A DNA stretch of 64,000 nt. Origin: Heptranchias perlo (Eukaryota). The notes under the pieces are model-generated. The model was not told where the DNA came from. It worked only from the letters and a program-made list of their open reading frames with translations, and did no database searches. A program made the translations under genes and the position numbers. The stretch is from positions 186,001-250,000 of the forward strand of contig NW_027139217.1 of NCBI RefSeq assembly GCF_035084215.1, in the 5' to 3' direction. Positions 12,001 to 23,764 of this stretch are shown piece after piece. Each line of letters starts with the position of its first letter. Position 1 is the first letter of the stretch.

Positions 12001-14972
12001 CCTCTCTTTCTCTCTGCGTGCGCCTCTCTCTTTCTCTCTGCGTGCGCCTCTCTTTCTCTCTGCGTGCGCCTCTCTTTCTCTCTGCGCGCGCCTCTCTTTC
12101 TCTCTGTGTGCGCCTCTCTTTCCCTCTGTGTGCGTCTCTCTCTCTCTGTGTGCGCCTCTCTTTCCCTCTGTGTGCGTCTCTCTCTCTCTTTGTGCCCCTC
12201 TCTTTCCCTCTGTGTGCGCCTCTCTCTTTGTGCCCCTCTCTTTCTCTCTGTGTGCGCCTCTCTCTCTCTGTGTGCGCCTCTCTCTCTCTCTGTGCGCCTC
12301 TCTTTCCCTCTGTGTGCGCCTCTCTCTCTCTGCGTGTGCCTCTCTTTCTCTCTGCGTGCGCCTCTCTTTCTCTCTGCGTGCGCCTCTCTTTCTCTCTGCG
12401 TGCGCCTCTCTCTCTCTCTGTGTGCGCCTCTCTTTCTCTCTGCGTGCGCCTCTCTTTCTCTCTGCGTGCGCCTCTCTTTCTCTCTGCGCGCGCCTCTCTT
12501 TGTCTCTGCGTGCGCCTCTCTCTCTCTGTGTGCGCCTCTCTCTCTCTCTGTTTGCGCCTCTCTTTCTCTCTGCGTGTGCCTCTCTCTCTCTGTGTGCGCC
12601 TCTCTCTCTGTGTGCGCCTCTCTCTCTCTGCGTGTGCCTCTCTCTCTCTCTGTGTGCGCCTCTCTTTCTCTCTGTGTGCGCCTCTCTTTCTCTCTGTGTG
12701 CGCCTCTCTTTCCTCTGTGTGCGCCTCTCTTTCTCTGCGTGCGCCTCTCTTTCTCTGCGTGCGCCTCTCTCTCTCTCTCTCTGTGCGCCTCTCTTTCTCT
12801 CTGTGTGCGCCTCTCTCTCTCTGCGTGCGCCTCTCTCTCTCTCTGTGTGCGCCTCCCTTTCTCTCTGTGTGCGCCTCTCTTTCTCTCTGTGTGCGCCTCT
12901 CTCTCTCTCTGTGTGCGCCTCTCTTTCTCTCTGTGTGCGCCTCTCTTTCTCTCTGTGTGCGCCTCTCTCTCTCTCTGTGTGCGCCTCTCTTTCTCTCTGT
13001 GTGCGCCTCTCTTTCTCTCTGTGTGCGCCTCTCTTTCTCTCTGTGTGCGCCTCTCTTTCTCTCTGTGTGCGCCTCTCTTTCTCTCTGTGTGCGCCTCTCT
13101 TTGTCTCTGCGTGCGCCTCTCTTTCCCTCTGTGTGCGCCTCTCTTTCTCTGCGTGCGCCTCTCTTTCTCTGCGTGCGCCTCTCTCTCTCTCTGCGCGCGC
13201 CTCTCTCTCTCTCTGCGCGCGCCTCTCTCTCTCTCTGCGCGCGCCTCTCTTTCTCTCTGCGCGCGCCTCTCTTTCTCTCTGCGTGCGCCTCTCTGTCTCT
13301 CTGCGTGCGCCTCTCTTTCTCTCTGCGTGCGCCTCTCTCCTTCTCTCTGCGTGCGCCTCTCTTTCTCTCTGCGTGCGCCTCTCTTTCTGCATGCGCCTCT
13401 CTTTCTCTCTGCGTGCGCCTCTCTTTCTCTCTGCGTGCGCCTCTCTTTCTCTCTGCGTGCGCCTCTCTCTTTCTCTCTGCGTGCGCCTCTCTTTCTCTCT
13501 GCGTGCGCCTCTCTTTCTCTCTGCGTGCGCCTCTCTTTCTCTCTGCGTGCGCCTCTCTCTTTCTCTCTGCGTGCGCCTCTCTTTCTCTCTGCGTGCGCCT
13601 CTCTCTTTCTCTCTGCGTGCGCCTCTCTTTCTCTCTGCGTGCGCCTCTCTGTCTCTCTGCGTGCGCCTCTCTTTCTTTCTGCGTGCGCCTCTCTTTCTCT
13701 CTGCGTGCGCCTCTCTTTCTCTCTGCGTGCGCCTCTCTTTCTCTCTGCGTTCGCCTCTCTCTTTCTCTCTGCGTGCGCCTCTCTCTCTCTGTGTGCGCCT
13801 CTCTCTCTCTCTGTGCGCCTCTCTTTCTCTCTGCGTGCGCCTCTCTCTCTCTGTGTGCGCCTCTCTTTCTCTCTGCGTGCGCCTCTCTCTCTCTGCGTGC
13901 GCCTCTCTCTCTCTCTCTGCATGCGCCTCTCTTTCTCTCTGCGTGCGCCTCTCTCTCTCTGCGTGCGCCTCTCTCTCTCTGCGTGCGCCTCTCTCTCTCT
14001 GCGTGCGCCTCTCTCTCTGCGTGTGCCTCTCTCTCTGCGTGCGCCTCTCTCTCTCTTCGTGTGCCTCTCTCTCTGTGTGCGCCTCTCTCTCTGCGTGCGC
14101 CTCTCTCTTTCTGCGTGCGCCTGTCTCTCTCTCTGCGTGCGCCTCTCTCTTTCTGCGTGCGCCTGTCTCTCTCTCTGCGTGCGCCTGTCTCTCTCTCTGC
14201 GTGCGCCTGTCTCTCTCTGCGTGCGCCTCTCTCTCTCTGCGTGCGCCTCTCTCTCTGCGTGCGCATCTCTTTCTCTCTGTGTGCGCCTCTCGCTCTGTGC
14301 GCCTCTCTCTCTCTCTCTGCTTGCGCCTCTCTCTCTCTCTGCGTGCGCCTCCCTCTCTGCGTGCGCATCTCTTTCTCTCTGCGTGCGCCTCTCTCTCTGT
14401 GCGCCTCTCTCTCTCTCTCTGCGTGCGCCTCTCTCTCTCTCTGCGTGCGCCTCTCTCTCTCTCTCTCTGCGTGCGCCTCTCTCTCTGCGTGCGCCTCTCT
14501 CTCTGCGTGCGCCTCTCTCTCTCTCTGCGTGCGCCTCTCTCTCTCTCTCTGCGTGCGCCTCGCTCTCTCTCTCTGCGTGCGCCTCTCTCTCTCTCTGCGT
14601 GCGCCTCTCTCTCTCTCTCTGCGTGCGCCTCGCTCTCTCTCTCTGCGTGCGCCTCTCTCTGCGTGCGCCTCTCTCTCTCTCTCTGCGTGCGCCTCTCTCT
14701 CTGCGTGCGCCTCTCTCTCTCTCTCTCTGCATGCGCCTCTCTCTCTCTCTGCGTGCGCCTCTCTTTCTCTCTGCGTGCGCCTCTCTTTCTCTCTGCGTGC
14801 GCCTCTCTCTCTCTCTGCGTCTGCCTCTCTCTCTCTCCGTGCGCCTCTCTCTCTCTCTGCGTCTGCCTCTCTCTCTCTCCGTGCGCCTCTCTCTCTCTCT
14901 GCGTCTGCCTCTCTCTCTCTCTCTGCGTGCACCTCTCTCTGTCTCTCTCTGTGCCTCTCTTTCTCTTCCTCT
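1..14972. repeat. Large satellite, unit ~20-24 bp (CT)n-G(T/C)GTGCGC
   Basis: Continuous ctctctctctctctgtgtgcgc / ...ctgcgtgcgc repeats. The + strand has almost no A. It produces all the multi-thousand-aa ORFs. Confidence 0.99.
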
Positions 14973-15101
14973 NNNNNNNNNNNNNNNNNNNNNNNNNNNN
15001 NNNNNNNNNNNNNNNNNNNNNNNNNNNNNNNNNNNNNNNNNNNNNNNNNNNNNNNNNNNNNNNNNNNNNNNNNNNNNNNNNNNNNNNNNNNNNNNNNNNN
15101 N
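14973..15101. other. Assembly gap (129 N)
   Basis: Run of N. Confidence 0.99.
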
Positions 15102-15223
15102 TCTTTATCTCTCTTTATCTCTCTCTCTCTCCCTCCCCCCTCTCTCTCTCGCTCTCTCTCTCTGTACAGAACATTCTCTGTGTTCTATAATGTCTGTTTG
15201 ACAGAAATCTTTTCTTTTCACAG

Positions 15224-15270
15224 CTGCTGAAAGAGGAGAATCGTCCTCAAACTCATCAGCCCGAGCCTGA
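15224..15270 (+). CDS. Terminal cytoplasmic-tail exon of an upstream MHC class I paralogue
   Basis: Acceptor tttcttttcacag, then phase-1 (x)CT GCT GAA AGA GGA GAA TCG TCC TCA AAC TCA TCA GCC CGA GCC TGA = xAERGESSSNSSARA*. This resembles the Ser-rich ESSSNSS C-terminus I recall for shark class I tails. A possible donor G|gtacga follows the stop. Confidence 0.75.
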
Positions 15271-16289
15271 GGTACGAAGTCAATCACTTGAGTTTAACAG
15301 CAGCTGAACGAGCAGCAAACCAGGTTGTGAAGAGCAGTAACTGTGGGCTCAGGGGGTCGGGAGGGAGCTGCTTATATCTGACTGGACTGAGTCTCCTCAC
15401 TGGAACGCTGCTTTTTCACTGAATGTTTGTCGAGATTTCTCACTGAGTGAAACCCTGATTCCAGAACACAGTCTGTAAAAGACACAACCCCCAGGGGTGA
15501 AGTGGAATTCCTTTGACAGTCACGGTCCACCATTGATCAACTGGGGTTTAATACATCGCAGATCTGGCAATACGAGCTTTTTTTGTGGTAAGGAAGAGTT
15601 TTTTTGAACCCATCATCAGTGTGAATCAGGCCCAGGTGAGGTCAGGGAGAGAGTAAAGCTTCTCTCTGACCCCTGGAATCACCTGGTGACCTCTTGTTCT
15701 ATTAAAGGTGCCTGAGCTGCTGCAGCATCCACTTCCCTTCAGCTAACAAACTGAAGGTCCAATCGTTCTGGGCCATCGTCAGGCCGAGGCTTTAAGTGAA
15801 TATGTTGGGGGAGTGAGGAGGGAATTCCAGACGTCTGGCTGGGTTGTGGAGGTTAATATTCCTGGCAGCAGTGGAATGAATTAATTTAAACAGGGAGAAC
15901 TGGAGGTTTCGAAACCAGGACTGGTGAGCAACAAACTTCTGGGTCCCGTCAGCTGCTCAGTGAGACCCTGCAGCTGTTTAATATACTGGAGGATGGAATC
16001 TGTCACCTTGAGAGGGGGAGCTGGTTGTGCTGAGGATTTGAGGATGGGGATTATACCTCACCTAGGACCCTGGGCCTTAGACTGACCCATTGTGCAGTGT
16101 ACCTTGTGACACTATGCTGGAACACTCGGTCTTCTCTGAGATCTGGTGCTCCTGGAGAGGTTTGATGGGAAGGATTGTGTCCTGGGCTGGGCTGGCCGTG
16201 TTCACTCACATTGCTGCAATCTTTACTTGTGTCTGTAGGGGGCCTGTCCCGTGGCACCTGGAACGGCCACCAATGGTGGGGTGAAGGGA

Positions 16290-16562
16290 GTGGGGGTGGA
16301 CAAGAGGCCAGAATTGGAGGAACGCAGAGATCTCGGAGGGTTGTAGGGCTGGAGGAGGTTACAGAGATAGGGAGGGGGCGAGGGCCATGGAGGGATTTGA
16401 AAACAAGGATGAGAATTTTAAAATCGAGGCGTTCCTGGACCGGGAGCCAGTGTAGGTCAGTGAGCACAGGGGGTGATGGGAGAACGGGACTTGGTGAGAG
16501 TTAGGATACGGGAGCAGAGTTTTGGATGAGTTGAAGTTTACGGAGGGTGGAAGGTGGGAGGA
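16290..16562 (-). mobile_element. L2/CR1-clade LINE ORF2 3' fragment
   Basis: Translates as LTDLHWLPVQERLDFKILILVFKSLHG, a typical L2 ORF2 C-terminus. Confidence 0.8.
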
Positions 16563-16860
16563 TGAAGGGAGCTGATCACTCCTTGATTCTGGGTGCAGTG
16601 CAGTCCGAACAAAGGTTGTGTGTATTTGGCGACTGAATGATGGAGTAAATTTAGTTACTGAGTATTGTTAACATCTGTAATCGAAATTGGGATTGTGTAT
16701 TGAGTATTTATTTTTGTTGTAATAAAAGGAACAAAAAGGGAAGGACTCTTTGTGTCTGTGACTAAGTTTGTCTAATTTTATCGAAGTTTATCGAAGTTTC
16801 TCTCTCCACTCTGTACCTTGTTTAAGCCGAGCCTCACAGGGTTAATGAGAAAATGCTTCA
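16563..16860 (+). repeat. 5' LTR, copy 1
   Basis: TG...CA. Direct repeat of 22731-23028. Contains AATAAA. Confidence 0.8.
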
Positions 16861-17650
16861 GGTTTCAGTGCGTGACGTGGATCCTGAGTTTAAAAGGAGT
16901 GTAAACTACCGCAGACAGTGAGCTCTGTCTGAGCTCAGTGCTGTTATGGCCGATATGGAAGGACAAATATCTGCCCATATAGCTGAGAAACTTCCGAAGT
17001 GGGAGGAAGAGTTTCAGGGCATGGAAAGCCAGGCAGACACGATGAGGGCGTGTCAGGGGAGATTTCATCAATTAATTCAGGACAAGGAACTTAAAGAGAA
17101 ACAAGAGAAAGCCGTATGGTTCTTAGCGATGGGCATTCAGTCCAAAACAAGGACGGAGCGGCAGGAGAAGAAGGTTGTTTTTCGGACTGGAGGGAGGTGG
17201 AGCACCGAAACAACGGGCGATACACGGGCCAATTTAGCGCCCAGAGGGTTTTGAAAAAGAACTGGGAATGAAGGAAGAGATTTTTAAACAGGAGCAGAGA
17301 GACAAGGAAAAGGCTTTGGACAAAGAGGGGAAGAATAAAGAGATGGTGGAGAGACGAGTCCAGTCTCTCGAAAACCACGTTGAGTATTTCCAGACAAAGG
17401 TTCTCAGTGAGGACAGAGAACTTGAGAGATTTAAAGCTCTGAATAATAATCAGGAACTCTTGTGTTTGAAATTGCGAAGAGAACATGGTGATTTCTGAGC
17501 AACAGTGAGAAGCCAGTTTGAGTTGGTTAAACAGGTTGGGGAGGGAGATGAAGTGAGTCGCACTCACTGTCAGCGAGAGACACTAAAGTTCCCGGCGGTG
17601 TTGAGAGTAAAAGGGGGGATAGTGTGAACGATAGTGCCGCCTGGTGAAGA

Positions 17651-17997
17651 CCACTGAGGGTCTAAAAATACCATCAGGGGCCCACCGAGGGTCTAAAAAT
17701 ACCATCAGGGGCCCACCGAGGGTCTAAAAATACCATCAGGGGCCCACTGAGGGTCTAAAAATACCATCAGGGGCCCACTGAGGGTCTAAAAATACCATCA
17801 GGGGCCCACCGAGGGTCTAAAAATACCATCAGGGGCCCACTGAGGGTCTAAAAATACCATCAGGGGCCCACTGAGGGTCTAAAAATACCATCAGGGGCCC
17901 ACTGAGAGTCTAAAAATACCATCAGGGGCCCACTGAGGGTCTAAAAATACCATCAGGGGCCCACTGAGGGTCTAAAAATACCATCAGGGGCCCAGTG
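17651..17997. repeat. 31-bp minisatellite inside gag
   Basis: gagggtctaaaaataccatcaggggcccact, ~11 copies. Confidence 0.97.
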
Positions 17998-18605
17998 AAT
18001 ATCGCGAGGTGTTTGCCAATCGATTATAACGACTCTATGATCGGGTGTACGGTCCAGGATTGAACGGTGGGTCTTCGGGCAGCGTCCCACAGTGAGCCAC
18101 TGGTTTAGAAGCCTGAACGGTCAGGCCCGACCCTATTTGCCGTCTGCCCTTGTGGGATTCGATCCCAGAGGAGGCGAACCAGAGTGAGGCGTGGGTCCTT
18201 CAGAGAATGACCCGAACCTGGGAAAACCGGAAAGTGGGTGGTGAGCCCAGGGTAAGTCTGGTCACAGCTCGGAAAAATGAGGGACCAGGGACTCAGAAAC
18301 AGGGTCAGGATAAGAAAGGGAGCGGGAAACCAACAGAAAAACCCATAAATACAAGTGTCAGGGTGAGAGGGAGCAGTGGGATGAAATGTTCCAACTGTAG
18401 GGAGACGGGACACCTTGCTCGGGACTGTGGGCAGGACTGGAAGGGAGATCAGGCTGGTGAGGAAAGAGGCCGGGCAGGATTGGACCCTGACTTGGCAGAG
18501 TTTGGGAGAGAGCTCGATAACACATTCCATGGGGCGATTCCGAGTGTCCCCGGCACCAGGATCACTGATGGAGGGAGACAGGAGAGGAGACAAAGAGACG
18601 GGGTC

Positions 18606-19570
18606 CGGGCACAGTCACCCGGGGGGAGGGGGGTCACAGTGACCCGGGGGGAGGGTCACAGTGACCCGGGGGGAGGGGGGGTCACAGTGACCCGGGGGGG
18701 GGAGGGTCCGGTCACAGTGACCCGGGGGGGAGGGGGTCACAGTGACCCGGGGGAGGGGGGGGTCACAGTGACCCGGGGGAGGGGGGGTCACAGTGACCCG
18801 GGGGGAGGGGGGTCACAGTGACCCGGGGGGAGGGTCCGGTCACAGTGACCCGGGGGGGGGAGGGTCCGGTCACAGTGACCCGGGGGGGAGGGGGTCACAG
18901 TGACCCGGGGGGGGGAGGGTCCGGTCACAGTGACCCGCGGGGGGAGGGTCACAGTGACCCGGGTAGGGGGGGGGGTGGTCACAGTGACCCGGGGGAGGGG
19001 AGGGTCTCAGTGACCCGGGGGAGGGGAGGGTCCGGTCACAGTGACCGGGGGAGGGGAGGGTCCGGTCACAGTGACCGGGGGAGGGGAGGGTCACAGTGAC
19101 CCGGGGGAGGGGAGGGTCCGGTCACAGTGACCGGGGGAGGGGAGGGTCACAATGACCCGGGGGAGGGGAGGGTCACAGTGACCCGGGGGAGGGGAGGGTC
19201 CGGTCACAGTGACCGGGGGAGGGGAGGGTCACAATGACCCGGGGGAGGGGAGGGTCCGGTCACAGTGACCCGGGGGAAGGGAGGGTCACAGTGACCCGGG
19301 GGAGGGGAGGGTCCGGTCACAGTGACCCGGGGGAGGGGAGGGTCCGGTCACAGTGACCCGGGGGAAGGGAGGGTCACAGTGACCTGGGGGAGGGGAGGGT
19401 CCGGTCACAGTGACCCGGGGGAGGGGAGGGTCCGGTCACAGTGACCCGGGGGAGGGGAGGGTCCGGTCACAGTGACCCGGGGGAGGGGAGGGTCCGGTCA
19501 CAGTGACCCGGGGGAGGGGAGGGTCCGGTCACAGTGACCCGGGGGAGGGGAGGGTCACAGTGACCCCGGG
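18606..19570. repeat. G-rich minisatellite with palindrome GGTCACAGTGACC
   Basis: ggtcacagtgacccgggggaggggagggtcc-type units of ~23-31 bp, roughly 30+ copies. Confidence 0.97.
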
Positions 19571-21051
19571 CGGGGTGGGGGGAGGATGGGAAAAGCAGAG
19601 CCCGAGGGAAAGGACAAACACTGCCGGAGTTCCCCAGGCTCCCTCAGTAAAGGTGGTCCCATCTTTCCTGGGTTCGGGTGGGTATTGGAGGGACTGGACA
19701 GCAGACTCTGTGACTCTCAGCACTCCCTTATTTGCCTTGCTAAAGACGGATGCGCCCTGGGACTGGACGCCTGCCTGCACAGAGGCAGTGGGGAAACTAA
19801 AAGCTGCTCTTCACACAGCTCCCGTCTTACAACAGCCACCCCAGAAGGCCCTTCCTCACTCCAAGTGGCAGTTTCCGAGTTTGCTCTGCCAGCTGGATTG
19901 CTGCAGGAGACACCGGGGAAGTTGTGTCCTGTAGCGTGTGTCTCCTGGGTCCTAAGGCCGGTCCAGGTTAATTATTCAGCAGGTGAAGGGCACGTCTCGG
20001 CCACATTCTGGACCGGTGCAGCTTTTCACTGACATCATTGGCCGAGCTCCCCTGCATTTGTTCACATCTCACTCCCCGACCGAGTTATTGTTCGATGGGA
20101 GATTGAAAGATGGGTCAGTCTCAATAACTGACCAGTGAGGTGGACCTTCCTCCTCCAGGGTAGAGATACCGTGGACAAACACACCAGAGACTGACCCGAA
20201 CTGACCCGGAAAGCTGCTGTATCAGGGTCGGCCCCACCGTTATAAGGTAACCACCGATCTGGGGAATGGACCGATTCAAGGCCCAGAAAATTCCCAACTC
20301 TACTCCAGTGTTTGTTGGCGGCTCCTGACGAGCAAAGAGAGGGGTTACACCTAACTGGCTGTGGGATATATTTCCACAACAGGGAAAGGAGATCTCCCGA
20401 CTGTGACCATCCCCCCTCTGGGCTCAAACAGCTGAATCAGCAGTGATTATCGAGATGATGACCCAGATGAGCCAGGTTCAGCTCCCAGCCGCCATCGATT
20501 CAGATTCCCGGACGGAATCCTCACCCATCTGGGAAAAGAGAGGTTTTCCATCAGCGGATGGGAAGCTTTTCCCATCGGCCCCCCCCACTACTTCAGTCCG
20601 TTTCCTCACACATTAAATCGTACGCAGGGCAAATTACATCACAGAAAGTTAAAGCTCACACCAGGAACGAGAGTGGGTGGGAAGGAAATGAGAGGGCAGA
20701 GCAGTTGGTCAAAGAAGGGGGAGAGAATGGAATTCAGTGGGACCCTCGAACGAGAGCTTCCCCAGCAGAGATTGTGACCTTCCTGAAAGATCCTCTGACT
20801 CTGGGGGATTTGAAGGAGACGCAGGCTGAGGAGATCCAAATCCAGCAAGTGATTAATTCACTGGAGGAGGGAATCTCCCCTCCGAGCCCGGGTGAAGGGA
20901 GAAAGGGATTAACAGTTAAGGCTGGTTTATTATTCCGGGTCGGAGCATGGGTCGGACTGGAGGGCTTAAGGAATCACTTCCTTTATCAGGCACACCAGGC
21001 ACCTACAGTGTGACATTCTGGTCCAGTCACAACTCTCACCCCATTAAAGGG

Positions 21052-21433
21052 GCAGTCTGGTGATCTGGCAGTCTGGTGATCTGACAGTCTGGTGATCTGG
21101 CAGTCTGGTGATCTGGCAGTCTGGTGATCTGCCGGTCTGGTGATCTGGTGTTCTGTTGATCTGGCAGTCTGGTGATCTGGCAGTCTGTTGATCTGGCAGT
21201 CCGGTGATCTGGCGGTCTGGTGATCTGGCGGTCTGGTGATCTGGCGGTCTGGTGATCTGGCAGTCTGGTGATCTGGCGGTCTGGTGATCTGCCGGTCTGG
21301 TGATCTGGCGGTCTGGTGATCTGGCGGTCTGGTGATCTGGCAGTCTGGTGATCTGGCAGTCTGGTGATCTGGTGGTCTGGTGATCTGGCGGTCTGGTGAT
21401 CTGACAGTCCGGTGATCTGACAGTCCGGTGATC
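21052..21433. repeat. 16-bp minisatellite in the integrase region
   Basis: ctggtgatctggcagt repeats. Confidence 0.97.
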
Positions 21434-22730
21434 CATTGATTCAGACCAAGGAAGTCATTTCACCGGGGAGGAGATGCAGCACGCTGGGGGTTAAAATGTA
21501 CGTTGATGGAAAAGTGCGGCCTATGGAATGGGACAGATCGGCCAACAGGTTCTGGTCAAGACTTATGACCAGACCGGCCCATTCTCTGCGACCTATCAAG
21601 GCCCAGACCCATAGTGGACAAGGCCAGCCCATCGCTGTACAAGGTGATGATGGGCAAAAGGAAAAGTGGTTCCATGTTAACCAGCGAAAAGCATTTCCCA
21701 ACCAGAATCCGCCCCCAGCAGGTTCAATAAATGAAATCCCATTGGACAATATCCCACGGGGGGAACGACCCCGGTGTTGGGACGATGAGCCCTTCCCCCG
21801 AGCTCCATCGTCCTCACCAGAGAGAAGGGGCCGACAGCAATTGAGAGGGAGACGACTATCTCTCCCTGCCCAGGATGTCATTAAAGGGGAAGCGATCCTG
21901 GGGACAACCCTTATGAGGTTCCGAAGGGAAAGAGAGGGAGGATCAGGGATTAACAAAGAACAGCCATTACTGCCCGTGTTTTCTCTTTCTCCTGATGTGT
22001 AGACTGTTAAAGACCAAGTCTCCTGGGGTGGCTGTTCAACATGAAACTATCAACACTTCTCAATATCTCCATCTGGGTCTACGGATACACAACGTCCTAA
22101 GTCAGACCACTTCTGCCCACTGGGACTCTCCACAACTGATACACCCCCCAAATGTTTGGAGATCATGAGTGGTGGAGATTGTTTATAACATTGGACAATA
22201 TCCGTGGGTCAGGATCACATCGATGTTGTTTTTGATAATTCAGATTGGACTGGTGATTGTTACACTCGGGATTTTTAAATCGACCTGACACAGACAGAGA
22301 CAAATAGTCCCTGCTCGACAACAAGTGGAAATGGAACGGTGATATGGCTTCCACCAATGATCATCCTTTGTCTAATGTCCTGTTAGATACTGCACAAGTG
22401 TGAGTATCCGTTCGTTCAGACTGTACGAGCACTCGACAATCAGCGATGATCAGATCACTCATTAAAAGTGGATCTGGATCAATCTGATCCACTCGAGGAG
22501 GGAGTGTCGAGATTGATGAATAAAAGGACTGAAGGGAAATGTTGACGGTCAGCGTGCTGGTGCATCATGGGATATTTGACCATGTTGTGCTCCACTGTGT
22601 TGAGCGAGAGACATTCTTTGTAAATTTAACAGTGACCTTGTCTTCGAGCGATCCTGTGGAAACTTAATGTGGGACAGAAACCGCCTACGAGGAAGAAGAG
22701 CTCAGACGTGTGTGGGGGAACCTCCAGAGA

Positions 22731-23028
22731 TGGAGGGAGCTGATCACTCCTTGATTCTGGGTGCAGTGCAGTCCGAACAAAGGTTCCGTGGATTTGGCCA
22801 CTGAAAGATATTGTAAATTTAGTGACTGAGTTTTGTTAAACTCTGTAATCGAAATTGGGATTGTGTATTGAGTATTTATTTTTGTTTTAATAAAGTGAAC
22901 AAAAAGGGAAGTACTCTTTGCGTCTGACTAATTTTATCTAATTGTATCTCTAAGTTTATCTAAGTTGATCACTCTGCTCAGTAACTTGTTTAAGCCGAGC
23001 CTCACAGGGTTAATGGGAAACTCCGACA
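22731..23028 (+). repeat. 3' LTR, copy 1
   Basis: Diverged direct repeat of 16563-16860, same length. Confidence 0.8.
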
Positions 23029-23764
23029 CTGGGGATTGACTCTGGGCCCTGCCTGGTGTGTGACTCAGAGAGTTCACCCAGTCAGTAGCTGAGCCCAGGG
23101 ACAATCCCCAGTCTGCAATCCCCCATCGGAGAACTCATCTCTTCCCCTTTCTGTTCCTCACTATCACCCGTCACTAATCACAAAACACACACTTACTGAG
23201 TTTTCCTCCACATTTATTTCCAGATGTTAAACTTCTCACATTTGAGGTGTTGAAATAACGTGACTCTTAAAACATACAAAGATACGAGAAATGACGGCCA
23301 GGAAAAGACACTCTGGTCCATCCAGCCTGACCCACAACTACCAAGCCTTGTGTATCACAATATATCGACTCCCCACCCCACCCGAGACCACGTGATCTCC
23401 TGGGAGAGGCAGAAAAACAGATTAAAAACACAGGCAATTTGGGGAAATAAATCGGGGAAATTCCTCTCCGACCCCCTAAGGCGATGGGAACTCGTCCAGG
23501 AGATCACTCTGGCCCTGATACGGCCCTGCATTACAAGGCGATTGCTTTTCCACTCCTACTCTGCGGACACCATCTGAACACAGGGTCTCGGAGCCTGGTC
23601 TCTGACCATCTCCAGTCCAGCTCTGTCCCAGCAGACACTCCCTGAACATTCGGCAATGATTGAAACCAGTCGGTGGATTGTCCAGAGTTCCCACTTCCGT
23701 CTCGTGACAGCTTGAACAAAAACTCTCCCAATCTTTCTTTTAAAGTGTTGACTGTAATATCCTT

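Larger units (their letters stand above)
16563..23028 (+). mobile_element. Degenerate LTR retroelement / endogenous retrovirus-like element, copy 1
   Basis: ~298 bp direct terminal repeats. Coiled-coil gag remnant (16946-17500), CCHC knuckle CSNCRETGHLARDC (~18386-18427), RT thumb/connection PLFALLKTDAPWDWTPACTEA (~19720), degenerate RNase H tether (~19860-20010), second RNase HI KVKAH...GNERAEQLVKEG (~20640-20720), integrase HH start (~20990) and integrase C-terminal KWFHVNQ (~21665). Confidence 0.85.

Noticed and set aside
6-15230. Giant ORFs of 1282-5074 aa
   Set aside because: An A-free satellite cannot form stop codons, so all frames are open. The products are low complexity and some span the N gap.
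18606-19570. Functional RSS array or antigen-receptor segments
   Set aside because: Heptamers only. There is no ACAAAAACC nonamer at 12 or 23 bp and no V/D/J-like coding segments.
16550-23040. Target-site duplication of the LTR element
   Set aside because: No convincing 4-6 bp direct repeat flanks the inferred LTR ends, so the boundaries remain approximate.
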